Positions 28,375-39,807 are shown, counted from the stretch's first letter. The stretch is DNA of 64,000 nucleotides from Cyanobacteriota bacterium (GCA_033764955.1 JANRIL010000042.1:96001-160000), one strand, 5' to 3'. Numbers and translations are program-made. Notes: generated by a model not told the origin, from the letters alone.

Positions 28375-30924
28375 ATGCTTATGGTGCTTAGGACGATCGG
28401 CATCCCCTGGCTGCAAGAGCAAACCCCGCTGAGCATCCTTTCCCAGGAGGCTCTCACCTGGTTGTGGGAGCATGGGCAAGAGCAATCCCTGCAAACCCAC
28501 CAACGCCTGGTACTGGAGGATACTCCGGTGCTGGGTCTCTACCTGTTGTTGGAGGGTCGCCTGGAAAGTTATCGCTCCCGCCAAACCGGAATGGCGTGGG
28601 CGACCAGTCTACTACCGGGATCCCTGCTGCATCTACCGGAGTTGATCCTGCAACAGCCTGCCCAGCGCACGGTGGTGGCCTTGTCGGATGTGCAACTGGC
28701 CTTTTTGCCAGCCCCTGCCTTTCGCGAGTGGATCCAGCAATTTCCCGAAGTCACCCAGGTTTTTTCCCAGCAATTAGCTCAGGAATTAGCCCAGGTTTCC
28801 GCCCAACTCCTCTACGAGCAGGATCGGCAAACGGCGCTACGCCCCTATTTGGTGACCAAGGCTAGCCGAGGGATCGTCGGCAACAGTCGCTATGCGGTGC
28901 GTCTGCGCCAACAGATCAAAGAAGCCAGCCAAGATCGGCGTCCCGCCCTGATTTTTGGGGAACCGGGGCTAGAAAAAGACAATATTGCTGCCCTGATTCA
29001 CTTCAGTTCTGCCCAGCGCCGTGAACCCATGATCAAGGTAAATTGCGCCCTCTTGCAGGCCAGTGGGTCGGAGTTGTTGGGGCGGGCGGGCGGGCGACCC
29101 GGATTGCTGGAGTGGTTGGGATCCGGAACGCTGCTGCTCAACAACGTGCAAGATCTCCATCCCGATTTCCTGCCCAAGCTAGCCAACCTGCTGGAGACCG
29201 GACGATATACCCCCGTGCGACGGCTGGAGGAACCTGTTGAGGAGCGGATCTGTCAGGCACGCATCCTGATGATTTCCGAAAAAACACTACCCACCCTGGA
29301 TCCCTGGGTAGGACATGCCATCAAGGTTCCCCCACTGCGGGTGCGCAAAGCCGACCTCAAGGCTCAGGTGGAGTATTATCTCAGCCTAGTCAGCCGTTCG
29401 CGACGGATCCCACGCCCCACAATTGCTCCCGAGGCCCTGCGTCGCCTACAAAGTTATGACTTCCCTGGCAATTTGCGGGAACTGAAAAGTCTAGTGGAGC
29501 GGGCAGTGGTGCAATCTGCTAACCCTAACGGAGGGATCCCGATTTTGGGGGAGGAGGTCTTTTGGTCTACCGGATCCAAAAGCAAACGGTTCCGCCTCAA
29601 TCTCCTTAACGCCTATCCCCGCCTGCGCAAATTTCTGCGGAGTGGCTGGTGGCCGGATGGACTGAACTGGGGGGTGGTCTTGCCCGCCTATACGGTGGTG
29701 GTCTTTCTATTGTTGTGGGGTCCGCAGGATCGCCCCCACAATCTAGGACTCAACCTATTTTGGGCGTGGTGGTGGCCAGGGATCCTCCTCGCCTTTCCAT
29801 TTGTGGGGCGGCTGTGGTGTGCGGTGTGTCCGTTTATGATCTACGGCGAGCTGACACAAAAGCTCTCCCTCTGGCTGCTACCTCGTCCCTTACGCCGTTG
29901 GCCTCGCCAAGTGATGGAGGCGGGGGGCGGCTGGTTTTTGGTGAGTTTATTTGGCCTGATTTTTTTGTGGGAAGAACTGTGGGATCTTCCCCACACTGCC
30001 TATTTGTCAGCCTGGTTGCTGTTGCTGATCACGGCAGGGGCAGTGGTGGGATCCCTACTATTTGAGCGGCGTCTTTGGTGTCGTTATCTCTGCCCGATTG
30101 GGGGGATGAATGGTCTCTATGCCAAGTTATCCATGACCGAATTGCGCGCCCAACAGGGAACCTGTTCTGCCGAATGCACCACCTACCAGTGCTACAAAGG
30201 CGGACCAGCCAAAGGGGAAGGGCAAGCCTCTTTGGGATGTCCACTTTATTCTCACCCCGCTCAATTGCAGGAAAACAAAGACTGTGTGCTCTGCATGACC
30301 TGTCTGAAAGCCTGCCCCCACCGCTCCGTCGAATTTAATCTTCGCCCGCCCGCCATCGAACTGTGGACTAGCCATACCCCCAAAGCCTCGGAAGTGGCTC
30401 TGCTGCTCCTCCTTTTGGGTGGCATTTATCTGCACCACCTCCCCCAACTGCAAGCCCTCCTGATCAATCATGGGCAAATACCTGTGAACCTGGATAGCTT
30501 TGTCGGGCATCTGGGTCTATCGCTGCTTACCCTAGGGATCCCTACCCTGGTTCCCCTCTTGGCGCATGGATTGGCTCAATGGGGATCCGTCAAACCCCGT
30601 CCCTTTTTGGAATGGATCTACGGCTATTTGCCCTTGGTGTGGGGGGGAACCTTAGCCCACTACCTGGAGGCAGGGCTACGGGAGGCGGGTCAGATTTTGC
30701 CTGTGAGTTGGCAGACCTTTGGTTTGACAGGAACCGGATTACCCACTCTGACGGCGGATCCAGCGGTGGTCAGCTTTTTACAGGGATCCGTCCTGTTGTT
30801 TTCCCTGTTCGCCTCCCTGCTGCTCCTGCAAAAAATTACGCGGCAATCCCTGCTCACCCTCCTGCCCATGATCAGTGGATCGCTACTGTTGACGGGCAGT
30901 CTATGGGGGCTGATTCTGCCATGA
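28375..30924 (+). CDS. cNMP-binding + sigma54-activator-like AAA+ + membrane 4Fe-4S (NapH/MauN-like) fusion protein
   Basis: N-terminal CAP-like domain; GEPGLEKD..A..IH, YDFPGNLREL; WCAVCP, WCRYLCP, CVLCMTCLKACP; many TM helices. Confidence 0.85.
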   Translation: MLMVLRTIGIPWLQEQTPLSILSQEALTWLWEHGQEQSLQTHQRLVLEDTPVLGLYLLLEGRLESYRSRQTGMAWATSLLPGSLLHLPELILQQPAQRTVVALSDVQLAFLPAPAFREWIQQFPEVTQVFSQQLAQELAQVSAQLLYEQDRQTALRPYLVTKASRGIVGNSRYAVRLRQQIKEASQDRRPALIFGEPGLEKDNIAALIHFSSAQRREPMIKVNCALLQASGSELLGRAGGRPGLLEWLGSGTLLLNNVQDLHPDFLPKLANLLETGRYTPVRRLEEPVEERICQARILMISEKTLPTLDPWVGHAIKVPPLRVRKADLKAQVEYYLSLVSRSRRIPRPTIAPEALRRLQSYDFPGNLRELKSLVERAVVQSANPNGGIPILGEEVFWSTGSKSKRFRLNLLNAYPRLRKFLRSGWWPDGLNWGVVLPAYTVVVFLLLWGPQDRPHNLGLNLFWAWWWPGILLAFPFVGRLWCAVCPFMIYGELTQKLSLWLLPRPLRRWPRQVMEAGGGWFLVSLFGLIFLWEELWDLPHTAYLSAWLLLLITAGAVVGSLLFERRLWCRYLCPIGGMNGLYAKLSMTELRAQQGTCSAECTTYQCYKGGPAKGEGQASLGCPLYSHPAQLQENKDCVLCMTCLKACPHRSVEFNLRPPAIELWTSHTPKASEVALLLLLLGGIYLHHLPQLQALLINHGQIPVNLDSFVGHLGLSLLTLGIPTLVPLLAHGLAQWGSVKPRPFLEWIYGYLPLVWGGTLAHYLEAGLREAGQILPVSWQTFGLTGTGLPTLTADPAVVSFLQGSVLLFSLFASLLLLQKITRQSLLTLLPMISGSLLLTGSLWGLILP

Positions 30925-31751
30925 AATCCCTAGGCGGATCCCCCCCTTGGGGACTCACCCTTCTGACCATCGGTGGATTTTTGTTTTTGCATCTGCCGCT
31001 GCTGGTGATCATTTTTTATGCCTTTAGCAGCGATGAAGCCACTCTGCGCTTTCCTCCCTCCGGGTTAACCCTGCATTGGTTTGCCGTGGCTGGGCAGCGG
31101 GTCGATCTCTGGCGGGCTCTCTGGCTATCGCTACGGGTGGCAAGTTTGGCGGTGCTGAGCGCCCTCCTGCTGGGATCCCTGGCTGCTATGGGGGTGGCGC
31201 GCCGTCGTCTGGTGGGCAACGAAGCCCTCTCGTTGCTGATCCTGCTGCCGATTGCCCTCCCCGGCATCGTCTCTGGAATTGCCCTACGCTCAGGGCTGGG
31301 CTGGCTGGGGATCCCGTTTAGCCTCTGGACGCTGGTGATCGGACACACCACGTTTTGCTTGGTGGTGGTCTACAACAACGTCTTGGCTCGTCTGCGCCGC
31401 CTCGGATCCTCCCCAATCGAAGCCTCCCTCGATCTAGGGGCTACCCCCTGGCAAACCTGGCGCTATATCGTTTTACCGGAGATCGCTACCGCGTTGTTGG
31501 CGGGTGGCCTATTGGCTTTTGCCCTGTCTTTTGATGAGATTGTGGTGACCACTTTTACCGCCGGACAACAACAAACCCTACCCATCTGGATCTTCAGCCA
31601 GCTCACCAAACCCCGCCAACGTCCGGTACTCAATGTGGCCGCCCTGCTGGTGATCGCCACTACAACCCTGCCGATTTTACTTGCCCACTTTTTGACCCAA
31701 GAGAGCAAATCCTCTGACCGTAACCCCTCCCAGCAAGTGCCTCGTCAGTAA
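30921..31751 (+). CDS. ABC permease, PotC/YdcV-like
   Basis: EASLDLGA EAA loop, AFALSFDE, QTLPIWI; ATG 30921 overlaps upstream stop (ATGA). Confidence 0.88.
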   Translation: MKSLGGSPPWGLTLLTIGGFLFLHLPLLVIIFYAFSSDEATLRFPPSGLTLHWFAVAGQRVDLWRALWLSLRVASLAVLSALLLGSLAAMGVARRRLVGNEALSLLILLPIALPGIVSGIALRSGLGWLGIPFSLWTLVIGHTTFCLVVVYNNVLARLRRLGSSPIEASLDLGATPWQTWRYIVLPEIATALLAGGLLAFALSFDEIVVTTFTAGQQQTLPIWIFSQLTKPRQRPVLNVAALLVIATTTLPILLAHFLTQESKSSDRNPSQQVPRQ

Positions 31752-31831
31752 GGCCAAGAAAATCTAGGCAGTGATTGCATAAACTCAAGGAAATGCTTTA
31801 GCATTAAAGACCGTGAAACTTTGACAAACCC

Positions 31832-32032
31832 ATGCCGAAGCTCAAAACCCGCAAAGCCGCTGCCAAGCGTTTTCAAGTAACCGGAAGCGGCAAAATCAAG
31901 CATCGTAAGACGGGTCACAACCACCTCCTCGAACACAAAACCACCAAGCGCAAGCGCAAGATTGCCGGAATGGGTTTGGTGCACGAACGAGATGTGGATG
32001 CGATCCATCTGCAAATGCCCTACAGTTTCTAG
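31832..32032 (+). CDS. rpmI: 50S ribosomal protein L35
   Basis: [14 protein letters not shown]...HLLEHK. Confidence 0.97.
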   Translation: MPKLKTRKAAAKRFQVTGSGKIKHRKTGHNHLLEHKTTKRKRKIAGMGLVHERDVDAIHLQMPYSF

Positions 32033-32067
32033 CCCCTTCGCCCCTGTCCTAACCCCAGCTACTTACT

Positions 32068-32427
32068 ATGTCACGAGTCAAACGGGGCAACGTCGCCCGC
32101 AACCGCCGCAAAAAAATTCTCAAGATGGCCAAAGGCTTTCGGGGAGCTGGATCTAAGCTCTTCCGCACTGCCAACCAGCAGGTGATGAAGGCACTCCGCA
32201 GTGCGTATCGGGATCGCCGCCGTCGTAAGCGGGATTTTCGCCAGCTTTGGATTGCCCGCATCAACGCCGCCTCACGGATGCAAGGGGTTAGTTACAGCCA
32301 GTTGATCAATCAGCTCAACAAATCTAATATCCTCTTGAACCGCAAGATGCTGGCTCAAATGGCCGTGATGGATCCCACTGGATTTGCGCAACTGGTGGAA
32401 GCCTCTCGTCTGTCGGTATCCCCATAA
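32068..32427 (+). CDS. rplT: 50S ribosomal protein L20
   Basis: MSRVKRG...[23 protein letters not shown]. Confidence 0.97.
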   Translation: MSRVKRGNVARNRRKKILKMAKGFRGAGSKLFRTANQQVMKALRSAYRDRRRRKRDFRQLWIARINAASRMQGVSYSQLINQLNKSNILLNRKMLAQMAVMDPTGFAQLVEASRLSVSP

Positions 32428-32433
32428 GGCTGC

Positions 32434-33246
32434 GTGACCGCCACTTCCCCTACATTATTTGTCACCATCAAAACCAATCTCGCCAGATTTTTTGGGGCGG
32501 GGATCCTATTGATGGACTTACTGGTCGCATCAGCCGCTTGGGCACGGTCGCTAGAGGCGGTCATCGCTTCTGGTCAGTTGCGGGTAGCGGTGAAAGATAA
32601 CCTTCCTCCCCTGGGTTTTCGTAATGACTCAGACGAGCTGGTGGGGTTTGAGATTGATCTGGCAAAAGAATTGGCACACCGAATATTGGGATCCTCGGAC
32701 AACCTGGATCTACGGGTCGTCACCAATGTAGAGCGGCTGGAGGTTGTGGTCTCTGAGCAGGTGGATCTGGCGATTGCTCAAATTGGCATCACGGCGGATC
32801 GGGCGCGGCAGGTGGATTTTAGTCCTCCCTACTACAGCGATGGCACGGCGTTGGTGGTGGCTAGAGCCAATGGCTGGAGTCGCTGGCTAGATTTGCAGGG
32901 GAAATCCGTCGGGGTTTTGCAGGGATCCGCAGCGATTCCCTACCTCTCCACCCTCCTGACCCATGTGGAGCGGATAGAAGTGGATAGCTACACCATCGGG
33001 TTAGAGCAATTGCAAGCGGGTCAGATCGCGGCTTTTGCTGGGGATCGCACGGTGTTGAGTGGGTGGTTAGCCGAACACCCTGACTACGAGTGGCTGGGAT
33101 CCCCCTTGGCGGCGGTTGGTTTGGGGGTCGCTTTTCCGAAAGGGCTGGAATCAGGATCCCTAAGTCGGCGAGTCACCCAAGAGATTGAGGCGTTGCGGGA
33201 ATCGGGGTGGTTAGCCGCGCAAGCCAAGCGTTGGGGGCTACCCTGA
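32434..33246 (+). CDS. Polar amino-acid ABC substrate-binding protein (family 3)
   Basis: GFEIDLA, IT.DR...VDFS.PYY; start uncertain. Confidence 0.85.
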   Translation: MTATSPTLFVTIKTNLARFFGAGILLMDLLVASAAWARSLEAVIASGQLRVAVKDNLPPLGFRNDSDELVGFEIDLAKELAHRILGSSDNLDLRVVTNVERLEVVVSEQVDLAIAQIGITADRARQVDFSPPYYSDGTALVVARANGWSRWLDLQGKSVGVLQGSAAIPYLSTLLTHVERIEVDSYTIGLEQLQAGQIAAFAGDRTVLSGWLAEHPDYEWLGSPLAAVGLGVAFPKGLESGSLSRRVTQEIEALRESGWLAAQAKRWGLP

Positions 33247-33326
33247 GGGGATGACTGATGTTGAGTTTGACCTATGAAGGTGACAGAGAAAATCGGCTTC
33301 GCAAAGTTGCCTTACAATGACCTTAG

Positions 33327-33560
33327 ATGTCTGGTTTACCTATGATGGATCCAATCTTTTTGGTTTATGGAGCTTACGCCGCCCTGGCAGGACTCTATCT
33401 GTTGGTCTTACCTATCCTGGCAACCTTCTACATCGACAAGCGCTGGACATCCGGTAGCTCTTGGGAAAAGGTCTTGATGTTTTTCCTGGGGTTATTCCTC
33501 TTCCCTGGCCTATTATTGGTGGGGGCATTCATTAACTATCGTCCGCAACGTCGGTTTTAA
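33327..33560 (+). CDS. ndhL: NDH-1 subunit L
   Basis: YAALAGLYLLVLP...KRW...SSWEK..MFFL.LF.FPG...G.FINYRP. Confidence 0.9.
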   Translation: MSGLPMMDPIFLVYGAYAALAGLYLLVLPILATFYIDKRWTSGSSWEKVLMFFLGLFLFPGLLLVGAFINYRPQRRF

Positions 33561-33859
33561 TCTCTGTCTTAATGTCTGTAGAGTAGTCCCTTCATTTTGA
33601 GCCATAAAATGCAAGGATAAGCTAATGCATGAACACAAGCCATAGTGTCACCGTTTAGCTAGATCACTCACTGTTTCCAGCAAAATAGTGAAAGGATGTA
33701 TTTGGGACCCGTGAGCTTCATTCTTTTTTCGATTCGTATCCCTTGCTTGCCATGAAAACGTAGGATTACAATGCATGTCACTCCGATTTTGCAACTTGTC
33801 ACTTGTCACATCACATAGGGCTAATGGATTTATTCCTGCCTGTGCTGTGAGCCAGAACT

Positions 33860-34519
33860 TTATCTGCTTGCCAAAGAAAGTTGGCTTTTGCCGAATAAAC
33901 TTTCACTGGGAAGCTCCCAACTCTGAGCTACCGAAAAAACCGGCTGAGTAATAGCTTGTCGATCCAACTCCATCACAGAAGGACGTGAGGGGAGGGAACT
34001 TAGCTCGTTGCAGGGCAGGGGAGTCGCCTGAGTATGTTGCGAAACTGTTGCTAGGAGGCGGCGGCGAAATAGCTTAAGTTGCTTTTGCTCCAGTGGTAAG
34101 GGGACATATTGCAGAAAAAGGGGATGCAGTTGCCGATTTTCCCACTCAAATTGAGCCGCCAGCTTTTGATAGAGACTGCTGGCGGCTTGAGTCCAGGAAT
34201 AGCCGGGGTTACGCTCGGCTTCGTGCAAGAAACCAATAGCCTGTGGTAACAGTTTGCTCATCCCCTGCTCGCAGGCTTCCAGTTGGCGACTTAACTCAGC
34301 ATCGGCAGCCGTCTGTTGCCGAAGAGGAGGATAAAAGGCATGACGCTCCAGTTGCAGATGCCGCGACAGCCGTTGCCGTAGCCGTTGCACCTGCAGCAAG
34401 CGGTCTTGGGGTGACCACGTTTGGCTACTGGCTTGTGTTAGGGGATAAAGCAGATCCAAAACGTCTTGGTGTTGCCCTTCGCAGAGATGGACAAGGGTGC
34501 GAGGTGAGCTTGACATCAT
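33860..34519 (-). CDS. Hemerythrin-like helical protein with degenerate metal ligands
   Basis: QH..., HLQLE...FYP.L, FEWEN..LHP pattern; start at MM 34519 preferred. Confidence 0.55.
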   Translation of the reverse strand: MMSSSPRTLVHLCEGQHQDVLDLLYPLTQASSQTWSPQDRLLQVQRLRQRLSRHLQLERHAFYPPLRQQTAADAELSRQLEACEQGMSKLLPQAIGFLHEAERNPGYSWTQAASSLYQKLAAQFEWENRQLHPLFLQYVPLPLEQKQLKLFRRRLLATVSQHTQATPLPCNELSSLPSRPSVMELDRQAITQPVFSVAQSWELPSESLFGKSQLSLASR

Positions 34520-34694
34520 CAATCCTTCCCAAGAAACAGCCGCTAAACGATGGGATCCCAACCCTTCAGCAGCTTCATCGTAACTTCATGAAGTTAATCA
34601 ATACTTGCGTGACTTCACGGAACTTGCCAGCATGAAGAGGGATCAGGGAAGCTACCCAAGTCCTTGCGGTTGGGTTGGAAGGCAGGGATCCCCT

Positions 34695-35846
34695 TCAAAT
34701 CTCACAAGACCAGATAGGTTCTCCAGGGCTTGTGGAGCGATTAACTCGCCGCGCATCTTGGATCAGCCAACTCAAATTACTTTCTTCGGTGTCAATGGCT
34801 TCCCCATCCGAAGAAATAAAATATTTGCCCAAGACCATGCGGTTACGAATATTTACATCCCCAGCAATTTGGGTGTAGTTAAAAATCATGCTTTGGTCAA
34901 TTACACAGTTGGCGTTGATCACACAGCCAGATCCAATCATGGCTGGCCCAATAATTTCTACCCCATCGGCAATCGAGGTGCTAGAGCCAATATAGACCGG
35001 AGGTACAATCTTGACACGATCCCAGTTAATGCGGAGATTGATACCCGTCCAGATGCCAGGAGCCACCTCAATGCCAGGAACATTCACGCCGTTCACTTCT
35101 CCCTTCAAAACTTTCTGAATAGCTATCCAATAGTCGGGGGTCTTGCCAATATCCACCCATTGAAAATCAGCGGTTACACCATAAAAAGGAGCACCTGCGG
35201 TCACCAAATCTGGAAAGAGATTACTGCCAATATCGTATTGGCGACCGGAAGGAATGTAGTCAAAGATCTCCGGCTCAAAAATATAGATGCCCGTATTGAT
35301 AGTGCGGCTAAGAGCTTCTTCTTGTTTGGGTTTTTCTTGAAAGGTTTTGATGCGCCCAGCTTCATCGGTGACCACAACCCCATAGCTAGACACTTCGTTA
35401 GCCTCCACCTCTCGCAGCACCACTGTGGCGATAGAGCGACGTTCCTTATGGAATTTCACCACTTCGGTAATATTGAGATCAATCAAGGCATCCCCACAAA
35501 GCACCACAAAAGTGTCATCAAAGAAGCCAGAAAAATCTTGGATCTTTTTCATGCCTCCTGCCGAACCGAGGGCTTGAGCCACGGGTTTGCCGTCCTCAAA
35601 GTAGCCCTCGAAGGAGAAACCAATCTGGACTCCCCACTGTTGTCCATCCCGAAAATAGTCTTCGATCTGTTCCGCAAGATGGCTGGTGTTGATCATGATT
35701 TGCGTGAATCCATGCCGCTTGAGGAGTTCCACCAAAAATTCCATGACGGGCTTGTGTAGGATCGGAATCATCGGCTTGGGAATGACATACGTGATTGGAC
35801 GTACCCGTGTTCCCTTCCCCGCAGCCAAAATCATGGCCTTCATCAT
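34695..35846 (-). CDS. cugP: NDP-sugar pyrophosphorylase (cyanobacterial CugP / mannose-1-P guanylyltransferase family)
   Basis: MKAMILAAGKGTRVRPIT..IPKPMIPI, FQEKP, hexapeptide C-terminus; AGGAGG RBS. Confidence 0.8.
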   Translation of the reverse strand: MMKAMILAAGKGTRVRPITYVIPKPMIPILHKPVMEFLVELLKRHGFTQIMINTSHLAEQIEDYFRDGQQWGVQIGFSFEGYFEDGKPVAQALGSAGGMKKIQDFSGFFDDTFVVLCGDALIDLNITEVVKFHKERRSIATVVLREVEANEVSSYGVVVTDEAGRIKTFQEKPKQEEALSRTINTGIYIFEPEIFDYIPSGRQYDIGSNLFPDLVTAGAPFYGVTADFQWVDIGKTPDYWIAIQKVLKGEVNGVNVPGIEVAPGIWTGINLRINWDRVKIVPPVYIGSSTSIADGVEIIGPAMIGSGCVINANCVIDQSMIFNYTQIAGDVNIRNRMVLGKYFISSDGEAIDTEESNLSWLIQDARRVNRSTSPGEPIWSCEI

Positions 35847-36130
35847 GCAAGACGCCTCCTTGACGATCACTTGTAAGCTTACTCTTTGGGGTGAACGGGT
35901 TTTTATGGCTCGCCGCAATCCAACCGATCACTTGCACAGGGATCCTTCCAATCTTAGGGAAACTCGCCCTCCTGCGGATCCGTTCTAAAAAAGTTAAGGG
36001 ATAACACTGAAAATACCTGTAGCTAACTTGCTGGCTGGGGCTGCTTGAAGGGGGATGGACAGCTTTGGGTTTCTGCTCAAGGGGTGTCATTCAAGCGAGA
36101 ATAAATAGAGATAGGTTAGGGGGCTACCCT

Positions 36131-37423
36131 GTGTTGTCGATTGCGGATCTGTCTCAACTTCCCCCCACCATTGCTTTGGGGTGGAACCATCCCCCTGACC
36201 TGACCTGGCAAAAGGTTCTCCAATCGATGTTGTCCAATCCTTTGGCTTCTCCGCCATTGCTGATCCCAGAGACTCCGGTGGCCTTGGCGGAAATGGTTAG
36301 CTATGCGGCGGAACGGCAGTGGCGATTGCTGCCCGCCGGACAGGGATCCAAACTCACTTGGGGATCCGTAATTCCTGAGGTGGATGCGGTGGTCAGCACC
36401 CAAAAACTCAACCGCTTGCTGGCTCATGCCGCCAGTGATCTGACAGCAACGGTGCAGGCCGGACTCAAACTGGTGGATTTGCAAGCAACCCTGGCGGGAT
36501 CCGGACAGTTTTGGCCTGTGGATCCCCTCTTTCCCGATCAGGCCACAGTGGGGGGGATCCTAGCAACGGGGGATGCCGGATCGTGGCGACAGCGCTATGG
36601 GGGGATCCGCGATCTCGTTTTGGGGGTGACCTTTGTCCGCGCCGATGGACAGTCGGTGAAAGCCGGAGGACGGGTGGTAAAAAATGTGGCTGGCTACGAT
36701 CTGATGAAGTTGCTGACGGGATCCCACGGTACGCTGGGGATGGTGACGGAAATGCACCTGCGCCTCTATCCGTTACCGGCTTGCCGTCAATATCTGCTCA
36801 TGCAAGGATCGGCTGAGGATCTCCCTTGCTTGGCGGAATTGGTTCATCAGGTGATGGCGGCAGGATTGTATCCGACAACCTTGGATGGGCTAGTCGAACC
36901 CGCTTGGGGATCCCAGCCGTTGGGGGTGCTGCTGGAGTGGCATGGTAGCCAGGGGGCGGTGACCGAGCAGGTGGAACAGGTGCAGCAATGGGGATCCCAA
37001 CAGGGGCTGACCGCTGATCTTTTCTTGCCTGCGGATCCGCTAATTGAGGATCTTTATCGTGGGTTTTCCGACAGTCAGGCGATTTTGCTAAAGTTGGCCG
37101 TTCCCCCCCAGCAGGCCATGTCAACCCTTGCCGCCATTCAGCAAACCTGCCCCCAGAGTCGGGTACAAATCCATTTGGGGAGTGGCTTAGGGCGCTGCCA
37201 ACTGCCTGTAGCCGGAACAACGGCGGCTGAGATCGAGCAACTGCGCGGGATGGTTGAGGCAACGGGGGGCTTTCTGACGGTGCTTCAGGCTCCCCTTGCC
37301 CTTAAACTTCAGGTAGAAGTCTGGGGCTATCGGGGCAACGCCTTGGCCTTGATGCAACAGGTGCGGCAGCAGTTTGATCCGCAAGGGCGATGGGTTCGAC
37401 CGTTTCTAGGATCCCGGTGCTAG
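36131..37423 (+). CDS. glcE: FAD-binding oxidoreductase, glycolate oxidase subunit GlcE-like
   Basis: ATVGG, GGRVVKNVAGYDLMKL.TGS.GTLG, QFDP; start uncertain. Confidence 0.82.
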   Translation: MLSIADLSQLPPTIALGWNHPPDLTWQKVLQSMLSNPLASPPLLIPETPVALAEMVSYAAERQWRLLPAGQGSKLTWGSVIPEVDAVVSTQKLNRLLAHAASDLTATVQAGLKLVDLQATLAGSGQFWPVDPLFPDQATVGGILATGDAGSWRQRYGGIRDLVLGVTFVRADGQSVKAGGRVVKNVAGYDLMKLLTGSHGTLGMVTEMHLRLYPLPACRQYLLMQGSAEDLPCLAELVHQVMAAGLYPTTLDGLVEPAWGSQPLGVLLEWHGSQGAVTEQVEQVQQWGSQQGLTADLFLPADPLIEDLYRGFSDSQAILLKLAVPPQQAMSTLAAIQQTCPQSRVQIHLGSGLGRCQLPVAGTTAAEIEQLRGMVEATGGFLTVLQAPLALKLQVEVWGYRGNALALMQQVRQQFDPQGRWVRPFLGSRC

Positions 37424-37485
37424 CCCCGCTGCCCTAACATTCATCTGACCAATTTTCCCCAGCCTGTTATACACGGGAGTTTGTT

Positions 37486-39807
37486 GTGACCTACACCGCC
37501 GCCCAACTCAAAGCCAGAGGACTCACCCCGTCGGAATACCAGATGATTGTCGAGCGCCTGCAACGGGATCCCAATCCCCATGAGCTGGCGATGTTTGGCG
37601 TGATGTGGTCGGAACATTGTTGCTACAAAAATTCCCGCCCTTTTCTGAAAAACTTTCCTACCCAGGGATCCCGTATTTTGGTAGGACCTGGGGAAAATGC
37701 CGGAGTGGTGGATTTGGGGGATGGGGATCACCTCGCTTTTAAGATCGAATCCCACAACCATCCCTCAGCAGTGGAACCCTTTCAGGGGGCGGCTACAGGT
37801 GTGGGAGGTATCTTGCGGGATATCTTCACGATGGGGGCACGCCCAATCGCCCTTCTCAATTCGCTGCGGTTTGGATCCCTGCAGCAACCCCGTCAGCAAC
37901 AGCTTCTGGCCGGAGTCGTCAGTGGCATCGCCCACTACGGCAACTGTGCAGGGATCCCAACGGTGGGGGGAGAAATGGCGGTGGATGCTTGTTATGGGGG
38001 CAACCCGTTGGTCAATGTTATGGCACTAGGGTTGATGGAAACCCCAACCATCATCAAGTCAGGAGCCGCCGGAGTGGGCAATCCTGTCTTGTATGTCGGA
38101 TCCACGACGGGGCGGGATGGCATGGGGGGAGCCAGTTTTGCCAGTGCGGAGCTAAGCGCCGACTCGCAGCAGGATCGGCCTGCCGTACAGGTGGGGGATC
38201 CCTTTTTGGGCAAATGCTTAATCGAAGCCTGCCTGGAGGCTTTTCAGACGGGGGCGGTGGTGGCGGCGCAAGACATGGGGGCGGCAGGGATTACCTGTTC
38301 CACCTCCGAGATGGCGGCGCGGGGGGGGCTAGGCATCACCTTTGACCTCGACCGCGTTCCGGTGCGGGAAACGGGGATGCAGCCGTGGGAGTTTTTGCTC
38401 TCAGAATCTCAGGAACGGATGTTGTTGGTGGCGCAGGCTGGACGGGAAGGGGAGCTAATCGACATCTTTCACCGCTGGGGTTTACAGGCGGTGGTGGCTG
38501 GAGAGGTGATAGCGGAACCGATGGTGCGGATTTGGCATCAGGGATCCATCGCGGCGGAAATTCCGGCTACGGCACTGGCGGACAACACCCCCGTCTATCA
38601 CCGCCCAATTCTATCTGAACCACCCGACTATATTCAAAAAGCGTGGCAATGGGATCCCGACCACTTACCATCTGCCTCTCCCTCAGGAATAACCTTGCCC
38701 GATGGACACAACTCCTGGAGCGACATTTTATTGAAACTACTGGCTAGCCCCACCATTGCCTCCAAACAATGGATCTATCGACAATATGACCAACAGGTTC
38801 AAAACAATACCGTAATCCTGCCGGGGGGAGGCGATGCGGCTGTCCTGCGGATTCGCTCCTCCACAATAGGGGTGGGATCCGTCCCCGTTCAACTCTCTTC
38901 CCCCAGCAAAGCGGTTGCCGCTACCCTGGATGGCAACGGTCGCTGGGTTTATCTGGATCCCTATGAAGGAGCCAAAGCTGCCGTTGCCGAAGCCGCTCGT
39001 AACCTGAGTTGCGTCGGCTCTGAGCCACTGGCGGTCACCGATAACCTCAACTTTGGCAACCCCGAACATGCCGTGGTCTATTGGCAATTGGCGGAAGCCT
39101 GCCGAGGCATTGCCGACGCCTGCCGCGCCTTGGGCACCCCCATCACGGGCGGCAATGTTTCCCTCTACAACGAAACCCTCACCGAACAGGGATCCCAAGC
39201 TATCTATCCCACTCCGGTGATCGGGATGGTGGGGCTAATCGAAAATCTCGACCATATCTGTGGACAGGCCTGGCAGGCGGTGGGGGATGCCATCTACCTC
39301 TTGGGGGGAGGAGCCACCTCCCTGGGAGGATCTGAATATCTAGCCCTCATCCATCAACAGGTGATGGGGCGACCGGCTCCTGTCGATCTGGATTTAGAGG
39401 GACGCATCCAACGTTTTTGTCGCCACCAGATCCAAGCGGGGATGATTCGCTCAGCCCATGACTGTAGTGAGGGAGGATTAGCGGTGGTGCTGGCGGAAGC
39501 CTGCCTCGGATCCAATTTGGGAGCCAGCCTGACCCTACCCGCCAACCCACAGCGCCGCTGGGATGAAATCTTATTTGGGGAAGGGGGATGTCGCATTGTG
39601 GTCACCTGTCCTGCTCCTCAGCAGCTCGCTTGGCAACAAACGCTAGAGCAGCATTTGGGTCAAGATTGGTGCTACCTGGGATCCGTAACCCCTGCTAGCC
39701 AAGGACTAACCATTCAAGAGGAAGCGGGATCCCCTCTGATTGCCCTTTCGCTCGCACAGTTGCAGCAGGCGTTTGAGTTAGATTACGGAGGAAATCAACA
39801 CCCTTGA
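37486..39807 (+). CDS. purL: Phosphoribosylformylglycinamidine synthase subunit PurL
   Basis: [40 protein letters not shown]. Confidence 0.97.
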   Translation: MTYTAAQLKARGLTPSEYQMIVERLQRDPNPHELAMFGVMWSEHCCYKNSRPFLKNFPTQGSRILVGPGENAGVVDLGDGDHLAFKIESHNHPSAVEPFQGAATGVGGILRDIFTMGARPIALLNSLRFGSLQQPRQQQLLAGVVSGIAHYGNCAGIPTVGGEMAVDACYGGNPLVNVMALGLMETPTIIKSGAAGVGNPVLYVGSTTGRDGMGGASFASAELSADSQQDRPAVQVGDPFLGKCLIEACLEAFQTGAVVAAQDMGAAGITCSTSEMAARGGLGITFDLDRVPVRETGMQPWEFLLSESQERMLLVAQAGREGELIDIFHRWGLQAVVAGEVIAEPMVRIWHQGSIAAEIPATALADNTPVYHRPILSEPPDYIQKAWQWDPDHLPSASPSGITLPDGHNSWSDILLKLLASPTIASKQWIYRQYDQQVQNNTVILPGGGDAAVLRIRSSTIGVGSVPVQLSSPSKAVAATLDGNGRWVYLDPYEGAKAAVAEAARNLSCVGSEPLAVTDNLNFGNPEHAVVYWQLAEACRGIADACRALGTPITGGNVSLYNETLTEQGSQAIYPTPVIGMVGLIENLDHICGQAWQAVGDAIYLLGGGATSLGGSEYLALIHQQVMGRPAPVDLDLEGRIQRFCRHQIQAGMIRSAHDCSEGGLAVVLAEACLGSNLGASLTLPANPQRRWDEILFGEGGCRIVVTCPAPQQLAWQQTLEQHLGQDWCYLGSVTPASQGLTIQEEAGSPLIALSLAQLQQAFELDYGGNQHP

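Noticed and set aside
30579..30920. N-terminal extension of the permease ORF
   Set aside because: Overlaps the upstream gene out of frame; ATGA coupling at 30921 is more plausible
34605..35759. 384-aa ORF on the plus strand
   Set aside because: Antisense to the well-supported NDP-sugar pyrophosphorylase
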